NCBI RefSeq assembly: GCF_018350175.1
Contig: NC_058383.1
Span: forward strand, 24,430,001-24,494,000
DNA from: Felis catus
Taxonomy: Eukaryota
Length of the DNA: 64,000 bases
Direction of reading: 5' to 3'
Under the pieces are notes generated by a model that did not search any database, had not been told where the DNA came from, and saw nothing but the letters and a program-made list of their open reading frames with translations. The position numbers and the translations under genes were made by a program. This document shows positions 52,965-64,000 of the stretch, piece by piece. Positions within the stretch are counted from its first letter, which is position 1. Each line of letters begins with the position of its first letter.

Positions 52965-53168
52965 TCTTTTTTTGTTTGTTTGTTTTTGAGAGAGAGAGAC
53001 AGAGTGCGAGCAGAGGAGGAGTAGAGAGAGGGGGGCACAGAATCCAAAGCAAGCTCCAGGCTCCGAGCTGTCAGCACAGAGCCTGACATGGGGCTCGAAC
53101 CCACAACGCTGAGATCATGACCTGGGCCGAAGTTGGATGCTCAACTGACTGAGCCACCCAGGCGTCCC
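52965..53168 (-). mobile_element. CAN-SINE
   Basis: SINE body flanked by tcttgg(g/a)tatctttt. Confidence 0.9.
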
Positions 53169-53546
53169 TCTTGGATATCTTTTTACTCTCTTTGTTGACA
53201 AGTAGGTGGTATTCAGGTTTTGCTACTTCCTGCGGTATAGCAGAGCAGGGTTCAGAGGTGGGGAGAAATTTTGGCTCAGAAACATTAGCTTTAATAAGCC
53301 ACATTTTGGCTAATATTTTTCCTTTTATCTCCTTTGAGACTGATAGTCATCAAAACAATTTAGAGAAGCTGAATGTAACTCCAGGGACATCAACCAGGCA
53401 AGTCTATGACAACCACCCCTGAGGTATTTTAAATTATACCTACTTCACATTTTTTTTTCCAACATGAGTAACAAGAGGATAACACTTTGGTAAGAAGTTC
53501 AAGGGCTAGTCTATAGAAAAATATTCAGGATGTAGGTTCTTTTAGG

Positions 53547-53762
53547 GCAAGGGTTGGCAAATCCCTTGGGCCAAATCTGGCCTGCTGCCTGTTTTTGTAA
53601 ATAAAGTTTTATTGGAACACAGCCATGCTCACTTGTAGGCATGTAGCCACCTGTGCTACAACAGCACAGGTGAGGAGTTACAACAGAGACCACATGGTCT
53701 GCAAAGCCTAAAATAAAGTATTATCATCTGGCCCCTTACAGACATTGTTTGCTGACTCCTGT
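53547..53762. mobile_element. MER58A-like hAT MITE
   Basis: caagggttggcaaa, gtttttgtaaataaagttttattggaacacagccatg and tttgctgactcctg motifs. Confidence 0.8.
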
Positions 53763-54137
53763 TTTGGAGTCACTTTGGAATCTTGGTTAAGAAGCTTTAG
53801 GGTTAAGTGACTTGTAGAGTTAAGTAACTTGTAGAGTTAAGGGACTTGTATAAGTCCCTTCTCTGCCACACTTTGCTTTGGGACTTGGCTTCATTTAGTT
53901 GTCATAGATTGGAGCTAGTACCTGCCTCACAGGGTGGTTGTGAGGATTATATGAACTAAGGCCTGGAAAGCACATAACAGAGTCCCAGACACAGAGCAAG
54001 TGCTTGATGGGTAGCTGCTGTCATCAATTAAGCAAGAGCTTAAATGAAGCATAATGGACAGCCCACTTGGGACTTAGATTCTAAATTCATCAAGGAGAAT
54101 GGATAAAAATCAAGCATTAAAAAAAAAAATCATCTCT

Positions 54138-54330
54138 AGGGGCTCCTGGGTGGCTCAGTCAGTTAAGCATCTGACTCTTGATTTCAGCTCAGGTCATGAT
54201 CTCATGGTTGTGCGATCAAGCCCTGCACTGTACAGAGCCTGCTTGGGATTCTCTCTCTCCCTCTCTGCCCCTTCTGTGCTCTCACACACTCTCTCTCAAA
54301 ATAAATTTTAAAAACATTAAAAAAAAAAAA
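54138..54330 (+). mobile_element. CAN-SINE
   Basis: ggggctcctgggtggctcagtc head and A tail. Confidence 0.88.
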
Positions 54331-54543
54331 TCTCTGAAAATCCCTTAGGAGGGCAGTCCATTATAGACAAACATACTGTCTTACACTAATCTCAGGATGG
54401 CTGGTTTTCCCTCTAGCATTTAAATACATCACTGTTCCTTCAGTGAAGGCCCAGATGAAGTGTAGCTGGCATTTAGGAGCCACAATGTAGGAACATAATC
54501 CATGTAATCAAACACAAGATAACACACTCAGTATGGTGAGATA

Positions 54544-54551
54544 CACACACA

Positions 54552-54596
<45 letters not shown>
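54544..54596. repeat. (CA)n microsatellite
   Basis: Direct reading. Confidence 0.95.
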
Positions 54597-54600
<4 letters not shown>

Positions 54601-54972
54601 AAGAGCAAAGGGAATGAAGACAGACTCTGGGAACAGCAGATTTGTGGCCCCCTGCATCATCCTGAGGTACATGCATGCTGAGTATTTCCGGTTGCCCCCC
54701 GCAAAAACCCTTAATTTGAATTTTTGTAAATTTAATGGTATCTTTTAAAAGGAATCAGTAACAATTACTTCAGAGTTGCCACGACAACAAAATGAGTAAT
54801 TGTGTGTGGTGGTTGTTTGAAACTCCATCGTAAATTCCCATGCGATGTCTGATGTATATGGAATAAGGAACACCTGCCTCTCACAATTTTACTAACCAAA
54901 TAGGGTTAAGGTATTATTTGTGAAAATCCCCCAAATGGTAAAGATTAAATTATTGCACTGACATGTATTTAC

Positions 54973-55111
54973 CTGGGAGAAAACCAGTAGTTGAGAAGGC
55001 TGGAGACCATCACGTAGGACACCATGATTGTCCCTGACATGACGAGTGACACAAAGCTCAAGCCACAGAGGACACAAAGCAGTGAGAGGCCACCCACAGA
55101 GATGACCAGTC
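54973..55111 (-). CDS. LDAF1: LDAF1/TMEM159 penultimate coding exon
   Basis: ttctag| (G)[45 protein letters not shown](R) |gtaaat; 139 nt. Confidence 0.95.
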
Positions 55112-55268
55112 CTAGAAGAAAGCATAGTTAGGAGAAGCATTCAGCTAAAACAGATTGAAAGCTACCAGACCCAAGGCCACTGTGCTTATGACAGTTAACT
55201 CAGACTTTTTAAGTGAGATTTCCCATAAAGATCCAGGTTTCCAGCATCACTTTAAAAGAAGGTAATCT

Positions 55269-55446
55269 AGGGGCACCTGGGTGGCTCAGTCAGTTTAGTG
55301 TCTGACTTCGGCTCAGGTCATGATCTCACAGTTTGTGAGTTTGAGCCCCTCGTCGGGCTCTGTGCTAACAGTTGAGAGCCTGGAGCCTGCTTTGGATTCT
55401 GTGTCTCCCTCTCTCTCTCTCTGCCCCTCACCTGCTTGCTCGCTCG

Positions 55447-55494
<48 letters not shown>

Positions 55495-55532
55495 AATAAA
55501 TAAAACATTAAAAAAAGATTTAAAAAAAAAAG
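55269..55532 (+). mobile_element. CAN-SINE
   Basis: SINE body flanked by aggtaatcta. Confidence 0.92.
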
Positions 55533-55730
55533 GAGGTAATCTAACCACCCAAGTGGGCATCACTGCAAGGCAAATACCCTTTTCCTTGCCTTGGGAGTGG
55601 TCAAATAACTCAGGACTCCATCCTCATGGCTACAGCGATATAATTTCAGGGACGGACCTTGCAAAGAAAGGAAATCAGACAATATAAATGGATGTGCTGC
55701 CTTTTTACAAAGATTTGCAAAATCCTGGAT

Positions 55731-55912
55731 CAGTGTTTTTCCAAGTTGGCCAACAACCACTGTATCAGAATCAGATGCATCAGGAAGGCTTGTAAAATTT
55801 CGGATTTTTGGACCCTACTCCAGAACTACTAACGATCTCTGGATGATGCCTAGAAGTCTGTATCTTCAAAAACACAAGTAAGACTTAAACACACTCAAGT
55901 TCCAGACTACTG
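55731..55912. mobile_element. MER5-like hAT MITE
   Basis: cagtgtttttccaag, ggaccctactccagaactact and caagttccagactactg motifs. Confidence 0.6.
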
Positions 55913-56716
55913 TTCTAAAGGCTTTATATATGCTGTTCCTCCTGTTTAGAAAGTCTTTACTTCCCCAAAGGAAACAAGAGTTGTTACAGATCTGTAAATC
56001 CTGTCCTCTGTTAAACTTTGCATGATACACCAAAATGCAGTGGTTCTCTTCCCCTCCTTAAATTTACTTTTGCTACAGTACTCATTCATTCCTCTACTCA
56101 TTCATTCATCCGTCTCTCTATCCATCAATATTTAGTGAACAGCTACTCTGCCAGGCTGTATTTTGCTCATCTGCCTATGATGCTCACTTTCTCCTTTGAG
56201 TATAAATTGCCTTATCCACAGTTCCCCGGGCAGGGAAACAACTCTGCGTGATCTTAACCCTGGGAAGTCGTAGGATAAACAGAGGTGATTGCCTGACCCA
56301 ATGGCAACCACCTCTTTGGCCAGTATTTTGTGATTTGTGATCTGATATGAAAAGGCAAACTGAGCTGGTCAGATCTGCCTTCTCAGTAATTTTATCTTAG
56401 CAACAAAAGGAGAAGTTGACAGTTGGCAGTGTGACTTCAGGAGGAAAGGTGGCGAAGAGGAAACATTACTACCTAGCAAGGTACCTGGCATGCAACAGAT
56501 ATTCAGTAACTAGTTGTGAAATACACTGTTACTATTCATGTAGAAGCTACTAGGTGCCATGGGCTGTGCTAAATACTTTATGGAACTATGAGTTTCAATC
56601 CTTACAATAATGCTTCGAGACAGTTATTATATCATCCCCATTCTACATATGAGGAGTTTGAGGTTCAGAGAGGATAAATAACTTGTCCAAAATTGTGTTG
56701 GTGGAAGTAGGATTCT

Positions 56717-56996
56717 TTTTTTTAAAAAAAAATTTTTTTTAACGTTTATTTATTTTTGAGACACAGAGAAAGAGAGCATGACCAGGGGAGGGTCAGAGAA
56801 AGAGAGAGACACAGAGAGAGAGAGAGACCATGACCAGGGGAGGGTCAGAGAAAGAGAGAGACACAGAATCTGAAACAGGCTCCAGGCTCTGAGCTGTCAG
56901 CACAGAGCCTGACGCGAGGCTTGAACTCACGGACCGTGAGATCATGACCCGAGCTGAAGTCGGACGCTTAACCGACTGAGCCACCCAGGCGCCCCT
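56717..56996 (-). mobile_element. Young CAN-SINE with internal duplication and 16-bp TSD
   Basis: TSD gtgga(a/g)gtaggattct at 56701-56716 and 56997-57012. Confidence 0.93.
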
Positions 56997-57175
56997 GTGG
57001 AGGTAGGATTCTAATGTGGACTCCAGAGTCCATCTTTTAACTACTCTGACAATCTGCCTTGGTCATTCTGATTTTTTCAATAAGAGGAAACTTTGATATC
57101 AGTGGCAGGTGCCAAATAAATACTGTGCTCCCAACTGAATCATTTTCCAAGGGGGTGAATAGATGAGCAGGATAC

Positions 57176-57344
57176 CTTCCAGTAAAATGACTCCCACAAG
57201 AGCAGCCAGGGAGGTAAGCACCACAAGGAGCAGGAAGAATCCAACAGGAATGGCCGACACAGCAACAAACACCAGCATAGTGAGGGCCAGAAAAGGATGC
57301 CTGTCCAGGTACTGACCCACCGGAGACTTCATAAAGGCAACCAC
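57176..57344 (-). CDS. LDAF1: LDAF1/TMEM159 internal coding exon
   Basis: ctgcag| [56 protein letters not shown](G) |gtatc; 169 nt. Confidence 0.96.
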
Positions 57345-57824
57345 CTGCAGGCAAAGGAGAAAGAGCCAGGATTAAACGCTACATCTGACCCCCAGGTTGA
57401 TGGACCCACCTGAGCTGCAGGAAGTATATAAGCAAAGGCCATGAAGTTGGATGGCTCATAAGTAATGTAACAAGTCAACAACACTAACAGTTCTCCCAAG
57501 ACATGAATCACCCTGGCAACAGCTTAAGGTAGCTATAGGCAGATGGCAGGTTTGAGGGTCCCACCCAACTTTAAGTCTTATGAAAGTAGGAAAGACCTGG
57601 TCATGGCTCTACTGCTTAACACACACCCTCTCAGAAGAGGCCCTCAGCATGTGTACACATGGATGTAAAGTACACACCATTTATCTCCTACTTCACAGCT
57701 GAAGTTTCATAGTTGAGGCCACTGAGGCACAGAGAGGTTAAGTCCTAGCTACTTGGCATCACCTGGGAGCTTGTTGAAAATGCAACATCTCAAGCCCTCC
57801 CCCAGATCTGCTAAATCAGATGAT

Positions 57825-57841
57825 TTTTTTTAATGTTTATT

Positions 57842-57893
<52 letters not shown>

Positions 57894-58050
57894 TGAGCAG
57901 ATGAGGGCAGAGAGAGAGGGAGATAGAGGATCCAAAGTGGGTTCTGCGCTGACAGCAGAAAGCCTGATGCGGAGCTCGAACTCAGGAACCGTGAGATCAT
58001 GACCTGAGGTGAAGTTGGATGCCTAACCGACTGGGCCACCCAGGCGCCCC
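57825..58050 (-). mobile_element. CAN-SINE inserted in a MER5A-like MITE (about 57745-58120)
   Basis: SINE body with MER5A motifs on both sides. Confidence 0.85.
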
Positions 58051-59436
58051 CATCCCCCAGATGTTGATTTTTAATGAGATCCCAGGTGACTTGTACGCAC
58101 ATTAAAGTCTGAGAAGCAATGGCATTTGCCTAGAGTCACGCGGTTTCCAAGTGGCAAAATCTAGGCATCCAAAGCTGAATCTCTTCATTCTGAATGTCTA
58201 ATGCGTGCAATGGCTTCACCTTGTTAGGAAAAAATGCTTTTATGTCATCAACTTGGATACCACAGTCAGGACATAGTCCGATGACACCTGAAAGCTTATG
58301 CTGTGTTAATAAACAAGCTAACTTCCTTCACCAGGCAAAAGGGTTTTTTTGGATCTGGCTCAATGGGGAAGGGCCACTTTAATAGAGAACTGGCCCTAGA
58401 CAACCCCACAAGGATGGGCTTCGCCCCTCTTCTTAAGCCCTATGCTGTCTCTCTCCTCACTACTGACATGTTGGTTCCAGTTCCCTTACAATGTTCCATC
58501 AAGAACTTTTCCCCATCAAAACTGGTCCTTCCCAGGTCTCATTGCTCAGTGCCTTACAGGCCAGCAGCTGAAATGAAGAGGAAATTCAAGCTACAGTGAT
58601 CATGGATGCCACTACACAAAACACACGTACCTCTTAATGACTCCAATAGTGGGGATCTGGAGGCAAGCTAGAAGGCAATAGGGTTTTGCAGTTGAAGTTG
58701 ATAGTGATCAAAATACAGCGTTCATGCTGCTTAACCAGAAAAGGCTGTTGTTCCAAGAAGCCACTGCCCTTGGTCTTGGGGCTTCAGCACTGCCTCCTTA
58801 GAACTCTCCAGGCATGAACAACTTCACTTCCTGTCAGGCCACAAAAATGGCACAATGCCCACTAGCTACACTGCCTCTAGCTCCTCCTGAGAAAAGCTAC
58901 CAGATTTGGCTATTCAACTTCTCTAGCCAGAGGTGACTATAGTAGGAATGCGAGCTCACATAATCAGAACCCAATGAGATTCTCCTGTTAAGTCAGCTGA
59001 AGGTGAGAGAACGGGTCACGGGAGTGGGGCTGGTCCCTGGATCTGTCTTAAGTCCTGATTGCTTTCCAGCTCTAGTCCACATACATTCTTATTAACTCCT
59101 CCAACCACCCAAGGCATCATCTGACAGACTGAACTGTTCTCTCTGACCCTTATAATCAAGAGACCCAGTAACCACAGTGGGGAGATGAGGCTGGAACACC
59201 TGAATGCCAGGCTCATGAGTTTACACCTGGACCATCCAGCACAGTAGCCCCATGTGGCCACTGAAGACTTGAAATATGGCTGATGAACTAGGTTTTTAAC
59301 TTAGTTTAACTTAAATTTAAAAATGGATATATGCTTCAGTCACAGGAATATTTTTAATTACATTTCAAATAGGTCAGGTAGGTTTCAAATAAATTTTCAA
59401 ATGTAAATTTCATGAAATCTGAAGAGATCAAGTATT

Positions 59437-59648
59437 TTCTTTTTTTTTAATGTTTATTTATTTTTGACAGAGAGAGAGAGACAGAGCATGAACAGGGGAG
59501 GGGCAGAGAGGAAGACACAGAATCCGAAGCAGGCTCCAGGCTCTGAGCAGTCAGCACAGAGCCTGATGCGGGGCTCAAACTCACAGGGTGTGAGATCATG
59601 ACCTGAGTCGAAGTCGGACGCTCAACTGACTGAGCCACACAGGCGCCC
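59437..59648 (-). mobile_element. CAN-SINE
   Basis: Flanked by gagatcaagtattttc. Confidence 0.92.
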
Positions 59649-59723
59649 TGAGATCAAGTATTTTCAATGGATATTTAGTACCTGAATTGAGCTGTGCACT
59701 AAGTATATTTAAAAATGTAGACT

Positions 59724-59968
59724 GGGGTGGCTGGGTGGCTCAGTCAGTTGAGTGTCAACTCTTGGTTCCAGCTCAGGTCAGGTCAGGATCTCATGGCTGT
59801 GGGATCCAGCCCTGAGTCGGGCTCCATGCTAAGTGTGGAGCCTGCTTGAGATCTCTCTCTCTCCCTCTCCCTCCCTCCCTCCCTCCCTCTCTCTCTCTCT
59901 CCCCCTCGGCCCCCCTTCCTTGCTCACGCTGGCTCTCTCTCTAAAATAAAAAAATAAACTTAAAAAAA
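59724..59968 (+). mobile_element. CAN-SINE
   Basis: Flanked by aaaaatgtagact. Confidence 0.9.
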
Positions 59969-60630
59969 TGTAGACTATTTCGCCACTAATTTTTTATATT
60001 ATTACATATTGAAATGATATTGTTTTGGATATTTTGGGTTATATAAAATATATTATTGAAAGTAATTTCACATTTCATGCTTTTTAATAGGACTACTAGC
60101 AAATTTAAAACTCCATACACACATTGCACAGTACTTCCACTGTAAAGCACTTGTTTAAACTTTATCTAGAAAAAAAACAGGAGGCAAACTGCTGGCATTT
60201 GAGCAGGACTATGATATCATGAAAGTACTAATTTAAGATATATGAACCTGGCAGTCATGTGCAAAAGGCAATTATGAGAATTCGCCTGAAATCAGGCAAG
60301 AGACACTGATGGGCAAATCTAGGCTGGTGGCAATATGAAAGTGGAATGACAAAAGAAAAATCAATAGGACTTGGGGACAGTTTGGCCTGGGGATCCAAAA
60401 GGAGAAAAGTAGGACTATTCTTCCAGACCCTAAAAGAATCTATTTTTTTCTTAGCCTCTTCTGAGTCTGGGCCCTGTAACCAACAAACAGAATCATTCAG
60501 ATATGCAGAGAGACCATTTTAAGATGCAGTTAAGCCCAGCAATTGTCTTCCCCTAAGAAGTACGGCCCTACTTAGGCCAGTCTGTCATAGAAGAGGAGGA
60601 TATGATTCAGTTACACCTAATAATAATAGA

Positions 60631-60820
60631 GGGGCACCTGGGCAGCTCAGTCGGTTGAGCATCCAACTCTTGATTTCAGCTCAAGTCATGATCTCAGGAT
60701 TGTGGGATCAAGCCCTGCAACGGGGTCCTGCTGAGCCTGCTTAGGATACTCTCTCTCTCCCTCTGCCCCTCTCCCCCACTCACTCTCTCTCTAAAATAAA
60801 AAAAGGAAATAAAAAAAATA
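60631..60820 (+). mobile_element. CAN-SINE
   Basis: ggggcacctgggcagctcagtcgg head; flanked by aataatagag. Confidence 0.88.
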
Positions 60821-61527
60821 ATAGAGAACATTGATTAAACACTCAGGCACCAAGCACGGTTTTAAGTGCTTTCAATGTATTTCCTCATTTATTTCCCCCT
60901 AAGACACTCACAGGCAGGTAAGGAGGAACTTTATTTAAATCCAGGGAATTGGAACATAGCAATTAACTTCTCATTCTCATGGCAATAGAGGGGGATACAA
61001 TGGGAGGATGGAAAGTGGGACAGCTTATTATTCAGTAACATGAACTGCAATTTTCCATCCCTATCCTGGAAGCAGGCACATGTCATCCAACCTGGATTTT
61101 ACAGGGAGGGTGCTGTGCTGAAGAACTCAGGAATGCCAGGCTGGGACAGACTAGCACTGTTATGTGCCAGGCTCTGTGCCACAGCTTTTCTAAACAGCTT
61201 CTGAGATCACCTCACAACAAACCAATGAGCCTGGCATTGCTTATTTTAGAGAAGAGGTGATGGAGATTCAAAGACCCTAAGCAACTTGCCCAAGGTCAAA
61301 GGAAATTTATTTTAAACTGCACACAATTTATTTTAAACCTGCCTGAGTATGGCAGGTTCCAAAGTAGGGGTGATGTGGCCGGTATTTAAGGACATGAAGG
61401 CTCCATATGGAACTGTTTAGGAGACAGGCCAATTCCCTGGTGTCAGAATGCAAAGGACAATCAGTGTCCCTTGCTACCAGAGAGAAGGAGGACAAAGGCA
61501 TCGGATTATTTAAAACCACTGGTAAAG

Positions 61528-62429
61528 TGCTGGTATCCAAAATCTATAAAGAACTCACCAAACTCCACACCTGAAAACCAAATAATCCAGTGAAGAAATG
61601 GGCAGAAAACATGAATAGACACTTCTCTAAAGAAGACATCCCAATGGCCAACAGGCACATGAAAAGATGCTCAACGTCACTCCTCATCAGGGAAATACAA
61701 ATCAAAACCACGCTCAGATACCACCTCACCCCAGTCAGAGTGGCTAAAATGAACAAATCAGGAGACTATAGATGCTGGAGAGGATGTGGAGAAACGGGAA
61801 CCCTCTTGCACTGTTCGTGGGAATGCAAACTGGTGCAGCCGTTCTGGAAAACAGTGTGGAGATTCCTCCAAAAATTAAAAATAGATCTACCCTATGACCC
61901 AGCAATAGCATTGCTAGGAATTTACCCAAGGGATACAGGAGTGCTGATGCATAGGGCCACTTGTACCCCAATGTTTATAGCAGCACTTTCAACAATAGCC
62001 AAATTATGGAAAGAGTCTAAATGTCCATTAACTGATGAATGGATAAAGAAATTGTGGTTTATATACACAATGGAATACTACTTGGCAATGAGAAAGAATG
62101 AAATATGGCCTTTTGTAGCAATGTGGATGGAACTGGAGAGTGTGATGCTAAGTGAAATAGGTCATACAGAGAAAGACAGGTACCATATGTTTTCACTCAT
62201 ATGTGAGATCTTGAGAAACTTAACAGAAGACCAAGGGGGAGGGGAAGGAAAAAATAAAGTTAGAGAGGGAGGGAGCCAAACCATAAGAGACTCTTAAAAA
62301 CAGAATAAACTGAGGGTTGATGGGGGGTGGGAGGGAGGGGAAAGTGGGTGATGGGCATTGAGGAGGGCACCTGTTGGGATGAGCACTGGGTGTTGTATGG
62401 AAACCAATTTGACAATAAATTTCATGTTA

Positions 62430-62492
<63 letters not shown>

Positions 62493-62495
62493 AAC
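61528..62495 (+). mobile_element. 5'-truncated L1_Fc-type LINE (ORF2 C-terminus, 3'UTR, (TAAA)n tail) with 15-bp TSD
   Basis: ORF 61590-62297 includes the ORF2 cysteine-rich motif [21 protein letters not shown] aaacca(c/g)tggtaaag at 61513-61527 and 62496-62510. Confidence 0.95.
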
Positions 62496-62599
62496 AAACC
62501 AGTGGTAAAGACAACTCCAAGGTGCTGGGTAACAGTTTCTCCCAGACCACAGTCCCTGGGTGCCCACTGGTACGTGATTCAGAGGTTAGTTCAAAAACA

Positions 62600-63200
62600 T
62601 CCCTTGTGGGCCAGCATGGGAGCAAAACTAGTTAGTCATAGGTAATCCACAAGTGAAAATGCCATCAGGGGGCATCTGCCCAGCCCATGTTCCTTCTCTC
62701 TTCCCACCTCTCTGAACACTGTCCCTTCCCACAATAGGGGTAGGCCCCTGGAGCCATGTTTCTCTCCACGAAATGAGAAGCCCATGCCCAGCTGTCACCA
62801 ACCTGGCCACAGGTGACTTGGTCAAGCCTGATCCTAGGAATCAGACATTCCCAGAGAAGGCTCCTAAAGGGCTTCAGGGAGGGGGACATAGGGAGTTGAA
62901 GGTACCAGCCTGGGGAGTCACACTGGCCCATGTGAATGGAAGAGTCAAGAAAGCCAGGCTGTAGAGAGAGGAGAATGAAGGTGATGCACAAGGAAAAACG
63001 GTAACTGGAAGCAACATGAGCAACATGGCCCAAGAGAAGGTGTTGAGAGTTACCTCTAACCCCAGTGACCTGCCAGATCCTGATTCACTTCCTGCCCTTG
63101 GCTTCTAAGATAGCCTCCCATTTCCAAAGTCCCAGCATGCCTCACTACTCATTTGCTTAAGCTATTTTGAGCAGGTTTCTGACTCTCTCAGCCTAAAAAT
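62600..63200 (+). mobile_element. Old MaLR LTR (MLT1K/L-like) remnant
   Basis: ggcatctgcccagcccatg, ggccacaggtgacttggtcaag and tttgcttaagctattttgagcagg motifs. Confidence 0.5.
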
Positions 63201-64000
63201 AAGACAACAAAGACTTGACATTCCAGGGGCTTCCTAGAAGAAATGATGGGAGTTGTTTCACAAATACTCTGTGTAGAAGCCAATCTATTCTTTTCTGGAA
63301 TTTAAAGGGCTGATTAACTCTGAGGAAAGGCTAAAACTTATTTGGGAGAAATGAATCATCTAAATATGCTCCAAACAAGTAGATGTTTCTATAAATTATG
63401 CTTATGTCAATCTGATGGAAGGTTCTGTAATACCTTTTCACATCTTAACTAACACATCTAATGAGAATCAAATGCACATGGCGATGAGCACAAGGACCTT
63501 TCCTACTAAGCTAACTTTTAGTAACAAGAGTCTCATCCTGCTGACTAGAAAGCTGCTTGGCCAATTTAAAAATAGCTTGGTAAATCCACCAAGAGGGCCA
63601 GAGGCATTTTGGGAAGAGTCCAGGAAAGATCGCTACGGAGTATATTGCTCTAGACTGCAAAGTGGTAGCTCTTCAAATAGACCCTAGGGGAATTGTACTG
63701 TCTAATACAAAAAACAGATCACAAACTAGTTCATTTCGTTACATATATGTTATGTACCTTATGGGTATACTGCATGGGAAAAAAAAAAGTCTGGAGGGAA
63801 ATACAACACAATGTTAATATTATTTCTGAGAGCTGTTATTTTTTTTCCTGACAAAATGCTGAGTGACACATAGAAGAAGGCAAGAAAGATAAAAATTCAA
63901 GAAAGCAGAATATACCATCTCAAGTCCCATTGCCATTGGATGGGTACTGAACATCTGAAAAGTGGCTAATTCAAATGGAGATGTGCCATTAAGTGTAAAA

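Larger units (their letters stand above)
50056..57344 (-). other. LDAF1: LDAF1/TMEM159 (promethin) gene span, partial; ATG exon not seen in the window
   Basis: Three in-phase minus-strand exons encode the hydrophobic hairpins and the C-terminus ...LEGLYQE; synteny with ZP2. Confidence 0.94.

Noticed and set aside
57345..64000. First coding exon of LDAF1
   Set aside because: No matching minus-strand exon found by eye; it probably lies beyond the window.

Overview
Mammalian genomic DNA from a felid, very likely domestic cat, judged by abundant SINEC_Fc-type CAN-SINEs and L1_Fc-type LINEs. The window is the conserved ANKS4B-ZP2-LDAF1(TMEM159) locus. ANKS4B (minus strand) has coding exon 1 at 8696-8859 and the start of exon 2 at 1-211. 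ZP2 (plus strand) is complete: 18 coding exons from 23223 to 35304, 2151 nt, 716 aa plus stop, all GT-AG introns with consistent phases, preceded by a TATA box and an E-box. LDAF1/TMEM159 (minus strand) shows its last three coding exons at 50056-57344; its ATG exon was not found and probably lies beyond the right edge. The rest is interspersed repeats and microsatellites, and nearly all other ORF-track entries are repeat-derived or chance ORFs. I found no convincing wholly new gene system. The most noteworthy oddities are: (1) a TSD-flanked, internally deleted L1 whose CpG-rich 5'UTR is fused to its 3' end about 3 kb upstream of ZP2; (2) a YnCAG|GTGAG splice site and an in-frame upstream ATG inside the ZP2 promoter; (3) an apparent non-coding counterpart of the human extra ZP2 exon in intron 17; (4) a 158-bp locally templated insertion inside a SINE; (5) a young solo LTR facing ZP2 in antisense. 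Repeat family names are recognised by eye and their boundaries are approximate unless a TSD is given.
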